64,000 bases of DNA, taken from the NCBI GenBank assembly GCA_963711955.1, contig CAVQGC010000001.1, positions 41,203-105,202 of the forward strand, in the 5' to 3' direction. A program made the translations under genes and the position numbers. A model generated the notes under the pieces. It was not told the origin of the DNA and did not search any database. It worked only from the letters and a program-made list of their open reading frames with translations. The DNA comes from an uncultured Alphaproteobacteria bacterium. Lineage in GTDB: Bacteria > Pseudomonadota > Alphaproteobacteria > Rhizobiales > Xanthobacteraceae. This document shows positions 19,845 through 30,450 of the stretch, one piece after another. The first letter of the stretch is position 1; every line of letters starts with the position of its first letter.

Positions 19845-22130
19845 CTACGACAGCGCGCCCTTGACCCGGTCCGGCGAGAACGGCACCCGCCGCATGCGCA
19901 CGCCGGTGGCGTCGAACACCGCGTTGGCGATCGCCGCCGCGACCGGGCGGATCGACGGCTCGCCGGCGCCGGTGGCCGGCCGGTCGGGCCGGTTGATGTA
20001 AACGCAGTCGATGGTCTGCGGCGCCTCGGTCATGTCGAGGATCGGATAGGTCAGCCAGTCCACGCTGGTGACGTTCTTGTTGTCGAACTTCACCTCTTCC
20101 CACAGCGTGCGGCTGATGCCCTGGATGATGTTGCCCTCGATGGTGTGCTTGAGGCCGTCGGGGTTGATGATCAGCCCGCAATCGTGCGCGACGGTGAATT
20201 TGCGCGCCCAGATTTTGCCGGAGCGGCGGTCGACGTCGACCTCCGCCACGATGGCGCAGGTGGTGCCGTTGCGCTGCGAGTAGGCGATGCCGCGGCCCGA
20301 CACCGTGTTGCCGGTCTGCTTCTGCGGCGAGGTGCGGGTCTGCCAGCCCGCCTTCTCCGCCGCCGCCTTGATGACCGCGACGTCGCGCGGGTCCTTGAGA
20401 TAGCGAACCCGGAACTCGACCGGATCGGCGCCGATGGCATGCGCGACCTCGTCCATGAAGGACTCGGATGCGAAGTGGATCTGCGGTCCGACCGGATCGC
20501 GCAGATGTGCGCCGCGCAGCGGCGAGCCGCGTTCCAGGAATTGCGCGATGGTTTCCCACGCGGTCCGTCTTGTTGTCGAACACGTAGGATTCCGCCGGCA
20601 CGCCGAAGTTGTCGTTGACCTTGAGCGCCGCCGCCGCGGAAATGGCCGGCCAGCGTGTCCTCCGGCCGCGAGCCGTTGGTCTGCACGTCGATGCGCGAGA
20701 AGCCCTTGCTGAGGAACTCGTAGGCCACGACCTTGTTCGAGGCGTCGAGCGCGGCACGGGCCTTATGGATCGAAGCAGGGCCCTTGGGGTCCCAGCCGGT
20801 GCCCTGCTCGCGCGTGTACTGCAGCCGCACCGGCTTGCCGGTGAGCTTGGCGAGCACCGCCGCATCGTGCGCGCAGTCGTCGGCGTCGTTGCGGCCATAG
20901 GAGCCGGGGCCGACCACCCAGATGCCGTCCACGTTTTCGGGCGGCACCTCGAGCGTGCGGGCGAGGCCGTCGCGCACGAAGTGCGGCTTCTGCGAGCCGG
21001 TGTAGCAGGTGACGCGGCCGTCCTTGATCTCGACCACGGCGCAAGCCGGGCCCATGCAGGCGTGCGACTGGAACGGCCACTCGTATTCCGCTTCGATCAC
21101 CCGCGCGGCGGTCTTGAACGCTTCGGCGGCGTTGCCGACCGGCTTCTCGTCCACCGCTTTGCGCACCGGCGCCTTGCGGATGTGGTCGTAGAGCGCGTCC
21201 TGCGACGGGAACGGCGGCTGGACGTCCGACCATTGGATCTTCAGCGCGTTGTGCGCCTTGACCGCGTCCCATTCCTTGTCGGCGATCACGGCGAGGAAGT
21301 TGCCTTCGCGCACCACGCGCGCGCCGGGGATGCTCTTGATCGACCCCTCGTCGATGCTCACGGGCGTCGCGCCCGCGACCGGCGGGCGGATCATGCGGGC
21401 ATGGACCATGCCCGGGATTTTCACGTCGGTGACGAACGGCTCCTGGCAGAACACCTTGGGCGCGATGTCGGCGCGCTTGATCGGCTGGCCGACAATTCTG
21501 TAGTCCTTTGGATCTTTCGGCTTCGCCTTGCCGGGCGCGTAGAGCGCGTTGCCGATCTGCTTGTTCCAGTCGAGCTGGACGTTGAAGTACCGCCCGCCGA
21601 TCAGCTCGGCGTAGGAAACCTTCTTGTCGCGGTTGAATGCGGCGCTCACGATGCCGTCAGCGACAATGAGCTGGTCGGCCGGTGTACCGAGCCGTGTCCG
21701 CAGCCATCTCGACCAGCACGCGGCGTGCTTCGGCGGCCGCGACGCGCATCTGCCGCCCGCCGGTCTGGATGCCGGTCGAGCCTGACGCGCCGCCCTGGTT
21801 CACGCTGGTGCGGGTGTCCGCCATGAACACGGTGACGGCCTTGAACGGCACGTCGAGCTCCTCCGCCACGATCTGCCCGATCGAGACATAGAGGCCCTGG
21901 CCCATGTCCATCTTGCCGAAGAAGGCGGACACCGCGCCGTCGGCGCCGATCGCGATATACGAGGAAAGCTGTTCGGGCACGAGCGGCGGCTTGGTGCCTT
22001 GCGCGAACGCCGAGCGCATGCCGAGCACGGTGTCGAGTGAGATCGGCGCGCCGACCGAAACCACGAATGCGCCGCCGCCCATCAGCACGGCGCGGCGGGA
22101 AAGAGCGGTAGGCTTCTGATGCTTGGTCAT
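19845..22130 (-). CDS. Molybdopterin-binding subunit, isoquinoline 1-oxidoreductase beta / nicotinate dehydrogenase-like; several frameshifts
   Basis: SRR Tat-like N-terminus, GKMDMGQG, AEELDV, GSYGRN, HDCG.IINPDG, GAGEP. Confidence 0.85.
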
Positions 22131-22141
22131 GATCGCCTCCC

Positions 22142-22606
22142 TCAGCCCATCATGGTCGCGGCGCGCTTGACCGCGCGCAGGATGTTCATGTGGGTGCCGC
22201 AGCGGCACTTGAGACCTTCCAGCGCCGTCTTGATCTCGGCCTCGGTCGGGTTCTTTTTGTCGCGCAGGAACGCGGCGGCGGTCATGATCCAGCCGTTGAT
22301 GCAATAGCCGCACTGCGTCACCTGCTCCTCGACATAGGCGGTCTGCAGCGGATGCGGCTTTTCTGGCGTGCCGAGTCCGGAGAGCGTGACCACCTTGGCG
22401 TTGCCGACGGACGATACCGGCGTGACGCAGGAGCGAATCGGCTGGCCGTCCATGTGCACGGTGCAGGCGCCGCATTGCGCCAGCCCGCAGCCGAATTGCG
22501 GGTTGTTGAGCCCGATGTCGTTCTTCAGCGCATAGAGCAGCGGCATGTCAGGATCGGCATCGACGTTGTGCGTCTTGCCGTTCACGTTGAGCGTGAACTG
22601 GGCCAT
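22142..22606 (-). CDS. (2Fe-2S)-binding small subunit of a molybdo-hydroxylase (IorA-like)
   Basis: GCGLAQCGACTV, QCGYC, CRCGT. Confidence 0.92.
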   Translation of the reverse strand: MAQFTLNVNGKTHNVDADPDMPLLYALKNDIGLNNPQFGCGLAQCGACTVHMDGQPIRSCVTPVSSVGNAKVVTLSGLGTPEKPHPLQTAYVEEQVTQCGYCINGWIMTAAAFLRDKKNPTEAEIKTALEGLKCRCGTHMNILRAVKRAATMMG

Positions 22607-22868
22607 CGGGGCGACCTCCCTCGGTCATTGTGGTTGCGATCTGGCAACGTCCTGTCGATCGTCTTGCGATGATACCTCTCCGAATGTGCTCTCCGAAAGG
22701 GCCGCAGATGCGGCGGGTGGCAAAACATGGCGGAACCCGGCAGAAAAGCCCCGACTTCGGACTTTGCGCCACCCCTCGAACCAGCGGTCGGAGAAGAGCG
22801 TTGAAGTCTCGCGCGTCCCCCGGCTGGTCGAGATACGCGCAGCCCGACGCCCATCCCACGAGGTCTGG

Positions 22869-23921
22869 ATGCGATCCTTTCAAGAATCCGGCGTCGTCCG
22901 GTTGCTGGCATTGCTCGTCATTACGGGCATCATCCTTTATGGATGCTATCTGCTGATTATCCCCTTTCTTCCGGCCCTCGTCTGGGCGCTCACGGCAGCC
23001 GTGCTCGCAGCACCCGTACATCAGGCCATGGCAAGCCGGCTGGGGCATCCAAATCTGTCCGCCGCCATCTCGACGACGCTGTTGTTTCTCGTGGTCTTTG
23101 TTCCCGTAGTTCTGGTGGGGCAGCAGCTCGGCGGGACCTTCCTAACGGGCCTCGGGAATTTGCAAACGCAGCTCGGGAGCAACTCCTTGCAGGAAGCCAT
23201 CCAGGGGCATCCGTGGTTTGCCTGGGTGGATACGACATTTGACCGGGAAAATATTGCGACGGTTCTGAACAACCTTGCGGGTTGGCTGACGGATCAGGCG
23301 ACGTCGGTTGTCCGTGCTTCGGTTTCAAACGTAATCACATTGGTGCTCACGTTCTACCTGCTGTTCTATTTCCTGCGGGATCACCGCCAAGCGCTGCGGC
23401 AGGCGAGGAGGCTCTCCCCCTTTACCGATTCGGAGACCAGCCATCTGTTCCGCCGGGCGGCCGACACCATCCACGGGGTATTCTACGGCACCATCATTAC
23501 CGCCGTGGTGCAGGGCGCTCTCGGCGGCCTGATGTTTTGGCTCATCGGGCTACCCAATCCTATATTTTGGAGCGTGGTGATGGCTTTGCTATCCGTCATC
23601 CCGGTTCTGGGTGCGTTCGTGATCTGGCTCCCAGCCGCCGCGTATCTTGCCCTGACAGGCGCTTGGATTCAGGCTGCTGTGCTCGTGGCTTACGGCAGCA
23701 TCGTCATTGGTGGAATCGACAATGTCCTCCACCCCATGCTGTCGGGTGCTCGGGTACGAATGCACACCATCCCGGTGTTCATCGGGATCGTTGGAGGGGT
23801 CATCGTGTTCGGGGGATCGGGGTTGATCCTCGGGCCGTTGGTCATGTCGATGACAATAGCGATTTTGGAGATTTGGCGCTCGCGCGTCCGGGAAACGAAA
23901 TCGCGTGCAGAAGACTGCTGA
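22869..23921 (+). CDS. AI-2E (PerM) family transporter
   Basis: FYLLFYFLRD, QGALGG, IPVLG..IW.P, DNVLHP, GLILGP. Confidence 0.88.
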   Translation: MRSFQESGVVRLLALLVITGIILYGCYLLIIPFLPALVWALTAAVLAAPVHQAMASRLGHPNLSAAISTTLLFLVVFVPVVLVGQQLGGTFLTGLGNLQTQLGSNSLQEAIQGHPWFAWVDTTFDRENIATVLNNLAGWLTDQATSVVRASVSNVITLVLTFYLLFYFLRDHRQALRQARRLSPFTDSETSHLFRRAADTIHGVFYGTIITAVVQGALGGLMFWLIGLPNPIFWSVVMALLSVIPVLGAFVIWLPAAAYLALTGAWIQAAVLVAYGSIVIGGIDNVLHPMLSGARVRMHTIPVFIGIVGGVIVFGGSGLILGPLVMSMTIAILEIWRSRVRETKSRAEDC

Positions 23922-23938
23922 ATGAGTGCCCGCGGAGC

Positions 23939-24901
23939 TTAATCGCCGGAAGCGTATCCCAGCGACTTGCAGGCATCGAGCATATCGCGCACCTGCTGCT
24001 CGCTCACGTCGCGCGTGATGAACACCAGCCGGCTGGAGCGGTCCTTGTCGGGCCATTCCGCCAGCTCCACCGGCGGATGGACCAGATGCTGCACCGCCTG
24101 GAACACCACCGGTCCCTTGCTGCCCTTCAGGTTGAGCAATCCCTTGATGCGCAGCAGGTCCGGCCCGCGCAGCGACACCAGCGTGTCGAGCGCGCGCTGG
24201 AACACCGGCCACTCGAGCGGCTGTTTCTCGCGGATCACGAAGCTTGCGATGCCGTCCGAGTGCGAGGCTTCCGCGACCAAGCCGGAATGCCGCGCCGCGG
24301 TGGCGTCCTGACCGGAATCGATCAGGTGCTTGGGATCGATCTCGCCGTCGCGCGCCATGTCGATGTCGGCGCGCGGATTGAGCGTCTTGAGCTTGGCGGC
24401 GAGCGTCTTCTTGGTCCTGCTGTCGGCGAGGTCGATCTTGGTGATCACCAGACGGTCGGCGAGGATCGCCTGCTTGCGCGCCTCCGGCGCCTTGTCGAGA
24501 TTGCGCAGGCCGTTGACCGCGTCGACCAGGGTGAGCACCACCTCGATCGCGAACTCGCCGCCGAGCGCGCGGTCGGTCGAGAAGGTCTGCAGGATCGGGC
24601 TGATGTCGGCGAGCCCACTGGTTTCGATCAGCACCCGACCGAAATGCGGGATCTTGCCGCGGTCGCGGTCGGCGACCAGCCGGCGCAGCGCGATCTGCAG
24701 ATCGGAGCGGGTGTTGCAGCAGATGCAGCCGTTGCCGAGCAGCGTGACCTCGTCGGTACTCGAACGCAGCAGCGCGTCATCGATGCCGACCGAGCCGAAC
24801 TCGTTGACGATCAGCGCGGTGCCGCGGCCCTCCGGCGTGCCGAGGAAGCGGCGCACCAGCGTCGTCTTCCCGGCGCCGAGGAAGCCGGTGACGATCGTCA
24901 C
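23939..24901 (-). CDS. COG0523/CobW-family G3E metallochaperone GTPase (start uncertain, possibly up to about 24990)
   Basis: GFLGAGKTT, NEFG, GCICC, IETSG, TKID, LLRIKG. Confidence 0.9.
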   Translation of the reverse strand: MTIVTGFLGAGKTTLVRRFLGTPEGRGTALIVNEFGSVGIDDALLRSSTDEVTLLGNGCICCNTRSDLQIALRRLVADRDRGKIPHFGRVLIETSGLADISPILQTFSTDRALGGEFAIEVVLTLVDAVNGLRNLDKAPEARKQAILADRLVITKIDLADSRTKKTLAAKLKTLNPRADIDMARDGEIDPKHLIDSGQDATAARHSGLVAEASHSDGIASFVIREKQPLEWPVFQRALDTLVSLRGPDLLRIKGLLNLKGSKGPVVFQAVQHLVHPPVELAEWPDKDRSSRLVFITRDVSEQQVRDMLDACKSLGYASGD

Positions 24902-24987
24902 CGGCAGCCGCGATCCGCGCTCGCGCTTTTGCCGCCGGCCGAAGCGGCCCGCTGCGGCCGACGGAAAAAGACTGAGGACGGTGTCGC

Positions 24988-26338
24988 TCAGAAATCCATC
25001 TCCAGGCAGTACAGCCCGCCGATGTGGCGGTCGACGCAGTAGACGATCTCGCGCTCGTCGACGAACACGTCGTTGATCTGGGTCGTCCCGGTCGGCGCGC
25101 CGGGAGCCGCCGGCGGCACGAAGGTCGCGACCGCCTGCGGCTGGTACGGATTGGAAATGTCGTAGGCGCGAAGCCCGCCGTTGAAGAACGTGCCGAGCAC
25201 GATCTGGTCGTTCTGCCAGCAGGTCGGCAGCGGCACGTTCTCGTGGATGTTGTGGGCGCCGAACCGGCCGCGCGCGGCATAGGCCTTGTGGTCGGGCAGC
25301 GGGCAGGTCGAGATCGGCACCAGGTTGGTCTCGTCGCGCGCGTCGAGGATCCAGACGAGCTTCGGCCAGTCCTTGGCGTTGTTCTCGGTCGACTCGTCGG
25401 TCACCAGCATCAGGCCGCGGTCGAACAGCGGCACCACGGTGTGCATGAAGCCGGTATAGGGCGGCGAGTTGGTCCAGGACGAGATGCGCTTCGGGTTCGA
25501 CTTGTCGGAGATGTCGAGCACATGCATGCCGCCGTCGATGTAGGCGAGGTAGCAGCGGTCCGGCCGCTGCGGATAGACGTTGCAGTTGTGCGCGCGGTAG
25601 CCCTTGTCGAGCGCGTGGCGCGGCGGCGGCGTCACGTTGTCGCCCTGCTTGGTGCCCGGCATGTGCCAGCGGCCGACCTCGACCGGCTTCGAGGGATTGC
25701 GCACGTCGATGCAGCGGTAGAACTGATCGTCCTGCGGGTGCGTCGGCATGAAGTCCGGCGAGCTCGACGCCATGTGGACGTATTCGCCGTCGCAGAACCA
25801 GAGCTGGTGCACGCCGCGCGAATGCTCGCCCGAGCAGTCGAAGAACGAGATCGAGCGCGGCTTCTCCGGGTTGGAGATGTCGAAAATCTCCATGCCGGCC
25901 GGCTTCATGTTCTTCTGCTTGGTCTGGTAGGCGACCGCCATCATGTTGCCGCAGGTCTCCAGCGAGTTCGAGCGCACGTCGCTGTGCGGCAGGTCGGTCT
26001 GGCAGACCACCTTCGGCTTGCGCGGATCGGAGACGTCGACCGCGGTGAAGTTCTTCGGCGCGCTCTCGTGCGCCAGCCAGATGATGCGGCGGCCGTCGGG
26101 CGCGATCTGCACCGACATGCCTTCGCCCATGCCGCCGAAGCCGTGGAGCAGGTGGTGGGACAGCAGCTTGAAATTCCAGGTGACGACGCCGTTTGCGCCG
26201 CCCTTCGCGCTGCGCTTCACCGCCGGCGCGCTCGCCTGCTTCGAAGGCTTCGTGGCTTTCTTCTTGGCAATGACTTTCTTGGCAATTGTCTTTTTAGCCG
26301 CCTTCTTGGCGGAAGGCTTTCTTCTTAGACCGTTTCAT
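24988..26338 (-). CDS. LVIVD-repeat beta-propeller protein with a Lys/Ala-rich N-terminal extension (one frameshift near 26318)
   Basis: Repeated VDVSDP/FDISNP/IDVRNP/LDISD/YDISNP blades; ATG at 26338 with GGAG RBS. Confidence 0.8.
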
Positions 26339-26469
26339 AACACTCTCCATGCAAGGGGGTCGGACGGCGGGTAAGAACGTTTAGCGCGTTTCAGAAGGTG
26401 AGGGGAGGCCCCAAAATGCAGAGCCGGCGCGCAAACGCCGGCCCTGTCATATCCTCAAGCCCGTTGCGC

Positions 26470-27445
26470 TCAGGCGCTGGCCTTCGACCAGAAGTCCGGA
26501 CGCAGCGCCTTCTTCCAATCCGGGATCGCCGCGATCTTCTTCTCGCGCAGCAGCACCTCGGCCTCCCGCTGCATGTAGGCTTCGAGGCCGGCAGGCCAGC
26601 CCGGATCGACGTCGACGGTGCCCAGCGCTTTGTTGAACACGTCCTTGGACATGCTGTAGCCCTTGGACGTGAAGAACGCATAGATCGTCTCCGACACCTT
26701 CTCCGGGTTTTTCTTGAATTCTGCGCCGACCTCGCGCCACGCCTGCAGATAGGCGACGACCGCGGCCGGATTCTTCTCCACGAAGTCGGGCGTCGCCGCC
26801 ATGAACACCGGGATCGAATTGATGCTGGAGTAGTCCATGATGGTGGTGGCGATGCCGTCGGCTTCGGCGATCGCGTTGTAGGGCTCGGTGTTGACCATGG
26901 CGTCGACGGTCTTGCCCGACATGGCGGCGATCATGTCGTTCACGTTCATGCGGACTTCTTGGTAGTCGCCCTTCGGCAGACCGTGCTTCGGGGCGAGCTG
27001 ATCGACGAAGATGTTGCCGAGCGACGAGCCGGTCTGGTTGGCGATCTTCTTGCCCTTGAGGTCCTCGATCTTGGTGATGTTGAGGTCCTTGCGCGACATC
27101 ACCCGCGCGGTGCGGCCGACGGTCTCGACCACCACCATGGCGATCAGGCCGCCCTTATCGTGTCCGATGATGAAGGACTGGCCGGCGTAGGTGCCGAGAT
27201 CGACCTGGCGCGCCACCATCTGCTGCATGGTGAGATTGCCGGACGGCACCCCGAACTCCTCGAACTTCAGGCCGCGCTTCTCGAGCAGGCCGGACCGCAA
27301 CAGATAATAGGTGGGCATGCCCCACATGTTGGTCTGGTAGCCCTGGCGGATCGTGACGCCGGCCTGCGCGGCCGCGTATTGGCTCAGCCCGAGTACGAGT
27401 GCCGACGCGCCGGCCCCGGCGAGAGTAGTCGCGACGTGTAATCAT
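26470..27445 (-). CDS. ABC transporter substrate-binding protein (NMT1/SsuA/TauA-like) with a Tat-like signal; frameshifted 5' end
   Basis: MITRR start, IEDLKGKKIA, VDA...EPY. Confidence 0.85.
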
Positions 27446-27512
27446 GCTTTCCTCCGTCAATTTATCGTTGGCGTTGATTGGATGCTGCAACCGGCGTCGC
27501 GGTCAAGGCGGC

Positions 27513-28272
27513 TCAAGCATGCGCCTCCTGACCGAGATGTCGCAGCAATTGCTTCTGGTAGTCGAGAAACTCGACGCTGAGCGGGTCGCGCGGCCGCTGC
27601 AACGCGATCGGCACCTCGACCTTCACGGTGCCGGGATGCGGCGTCATCACCACCACGCGGTCGGCGAGATAGACCGCCTCGGCGACGTTGTGCGTGACGT
27701 AGATCACGGTCTTGCGGGTCTCGCGCCAGACTTCGGCCAGCAGCCGCTGCATGTCGTCGCGCGTCAGCGCATCGAGCGCCGCGAACGGCTCGTCCATCAG
27801 CAGCACCGCCGGGTTGTAGGCGAGCGCGCGGGCGATCGCGACGCGCTGCTGCATGCCGCCCGACAGATGATGCGGATAGGAGTTCGCAGAACTTGTCGAG
27901 CTTGACCAGCGAGAGCTGCTTGCGGGCGATCCGCTCGCGCTCTTCCTTGCCGATGCCCTTCATCTCCAGGCCGAACGCGACGTTGCCGAGCGCGGTGCGC
28001 CACGGAAAGAGCTGCGCGAAATCCTGGAACACCACGCCGCGGTCCATGCCGTGGCCGGTCACCGCCTTGCCGGCGATCTTGATCTCGCCGCCGGTGGGGC
28101 TCAGGAAGCCTGCAATGATGTTGAGCAGCGTCGACTTTCCGCATCCGGACGGGCCGACGATGCAGAGGAACTCCGACTGGTCGATGTTGAAGCTGGCCTT
28201 GTTGACGCCCGCCACCTGGCCGGCCGGTGTGTCATAGACCAGCGAAACGTCCTTGATTTCGATGTGGGGCAT
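27513..28272 (-). CDS. ABC transporter ATP-binding protein (TauB/SsuB-like); frameshift near 27880
   Basis: [31 protein letters not shown]. Confidence 0.9.
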
Positions 28273-28417
28273 TCCGTTCCCTGAAGTCCTTTTTGTTGGG
28301 GCCAGTATGCCCTTTTTTCATGGAAATCCGACAGCCCGTTGGTGTCGCAGGCGCCGGTTTGGGTGTACGGTTCGGCCGAAACCGGTCAGTGGGCAAGGAG
28401 CGGCCGAGGAGCTGCCG

Positions 28418-29204
28418 ATGAACCACCACGCATCAAGCGACAAGATCACCAGCCAGATGTCGCTGTCGGAGCGCGCCGACCATCTCGAAGAGCAGATGAT
28501 GCACGAGCTCGACCGCGTCATCACCAAGTCGGTGTTCAGCCATCTGACCGACGGCAAGGTGCGAGATGGAAGGCGGCGCCGCGCTGCAGGCCAAGTATCC
28601 CGGCAAGTACTTCAACATGGGCCCCGATCCGCGGCTGCCGCCGATGCCGGAGAAGCCGACGCTGCTGGACTATTTCAAGAACCGCTTCGCCTCGACCAAC
28701 CATCTGGTGCAGAGCGCAGCGCTGGCGCTGAAGAACGGCCACAGCGAGAAGGTCGTGCTGGCGTGCCTGCTGCACGACATCGCGGTGGTGGGCTTCATCC
28801 GCTGCGACCACGGCTATTGGGGCGCGCAGATGATCGCGCCCTACGTCGATGAGGAGGTCAGCGAAGGCATCCGGATGCACCAGGCGCTGCGCTTCTTCCC
28901 GGACGAGTCGGTCGGCTACGGCTATCCCGACATGTACCGCAAGTACTTCGGCGACGACTATCAGCCGGAGCCTTACATCGTCGAGGAGTACAAGCGCGCG
29001 CGCAACAGCAAGCACTACATGACGGCGCGGCTGATCTGCGTGAACGACGTCTACGCCTTCGATCCCAACGCCAAGGTCGATCTCGAATCCTTCGAGGACG
29101 TCATCGGCCGCAACTTCAGGCAGCCGAAGGAAGGCCTCGGCCTCGACCACAGCCCGTCGGCGCACATGTGGCGCACCATCCTGTGGCCGACGCGGTTCCT
29201 GTAA
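28418..29204 (+). CDS. HD-domain protein, PhnZ/TmpB-like metal-ligand pattern; frameshift near 28562
   Basis: NHLVQSA...LLHDI...DHG...RMHQ...CVND; GAGGAG RBS before ATG 28418. Confidence 0.75.
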
Positions 29205-29207
29205 CTG

Positions 29208-30438
29208 ATGTCTGCTCTCGCGGAACTCGACCGCAGTAACGTCGTCGACATCGATCTCGGCAGCGCCGAGTTCAAGGCCAACGCGCACCGCCACATGGCG
29301 GAGTGGGCGCGCCGGCCGCCGTTCTACGTGCTCGGTTCAGGGCCAGCCGCAGGTCGTCGTCGGCCGCTACGCCGACGTGCACAAGGTGTTCTCCGACACC
29401 GAGACCTTCGTCTCCGAGATGCCGCGCGGGCCCGGCTGGGAGCAGTTCAACAAGATCATGGACGCGCAGTTCGTCACCCAGATGGACGGCGCGCAGCACG
29501 CCCGCGTCCGCCGCCTCCTGATGCCGGCGTTTTCGTCGCGGCGGATCGAGCAGCTCCAGCAGAGCATCACGAAAATCGTCGACGGCATGCTCGACCGCAT
29601 CGAGGCGAGCGGTCCCGCGTTCGACGGCATGAAGGACTTTGGCGCGCATCTCGTCGTCGATGCCTTGCTCAGCGCCATGATCGACATGGATCCGCGCCGC
29701 AAGGCGGTGTTCGTCGCGTTCCACGATCTGATTCCGGGCACCACCTACGTCAAGCCCGGCGAGCCGTGGTCGCAGGAGCTGCGCCAGGCGTTCGATCGCA
29801 CCATGGACGAGATCAAGGTCATCATCGAGGAGCGACGCATCAGTCCGCGCCAGGATTTCATCAGCGACCTCGTCAACGCGCGCGACGCCGGCGACAAGCT
29901 CAGCGACCGCGAGCTGTTCGACCAGATTTTCGGCATCTGCGGCGCGTCGCTGTCGGCCACCAGCCGCGCGGCCGGCGGCGCGCTCTATCTGCTCTATACC
30001 CACGACGACGCGCGCAGCGAGCTCATCGGCAATCCTTCGCTGATCCCGGAGGCGATCGAGGAGTGCCTGCGGCTCGGCAGCAACGGCTATTTCACCTTTC
30101 CGCGCATCGCCACCCGCGACACCGAGGTGGGCGGCACGCGCATCTTCAAGGGCATGGTGGTGCGGCCGTCGCCGCTTGCGCCGAATTACGATCCGGACGC
30201 GTTCCCCGATCCGCTCCGCTTTGACATCCACCGCAAGCCGAAGCGGATCCTTTCCTTCGGCGCGGGTCCGCATCATTGCGTCGGCAACATCCTTGGCCGC
30301 ACCACCATCACCATCGCAATCACGCGGCTGCTGGCGCGCTTTCCGGCGGCGCACATCAGCGATCCTGATTTCACGCCGGTCTATGTCGGATCGGTGGGCG
30401 AGCTGCGGCTGCAGAGCCTGCCGATGCTTATTCAGTAG
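29208..30438 (+). CDS. Cytochrome P450 with a non-canonical I-helix; frameshift near 29340
   Basis: HARVRR, EECLR (ExxR), FPDP.RFD, FGAGPHHCVG heme motif. Confidence 0.92.
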
Positions 30439-30450
30439 GGGCGATCACCC

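Noticed and set aside
26423-26442. GCCGGCG/CGCCGGC hairpin as an intrinsic terminator after the SBP gene
   Set aside because: The stem is real, but no U-tract follows directly on either strand, so it was not called.
28418-28570. Short upstream peptide as a RiPP precursor for the P450
   Set aside because: The frame has no nearby stop and joins the HD ORF after removing one base (GKV-EMEGG), so it is the N-terminus of the HD protein.
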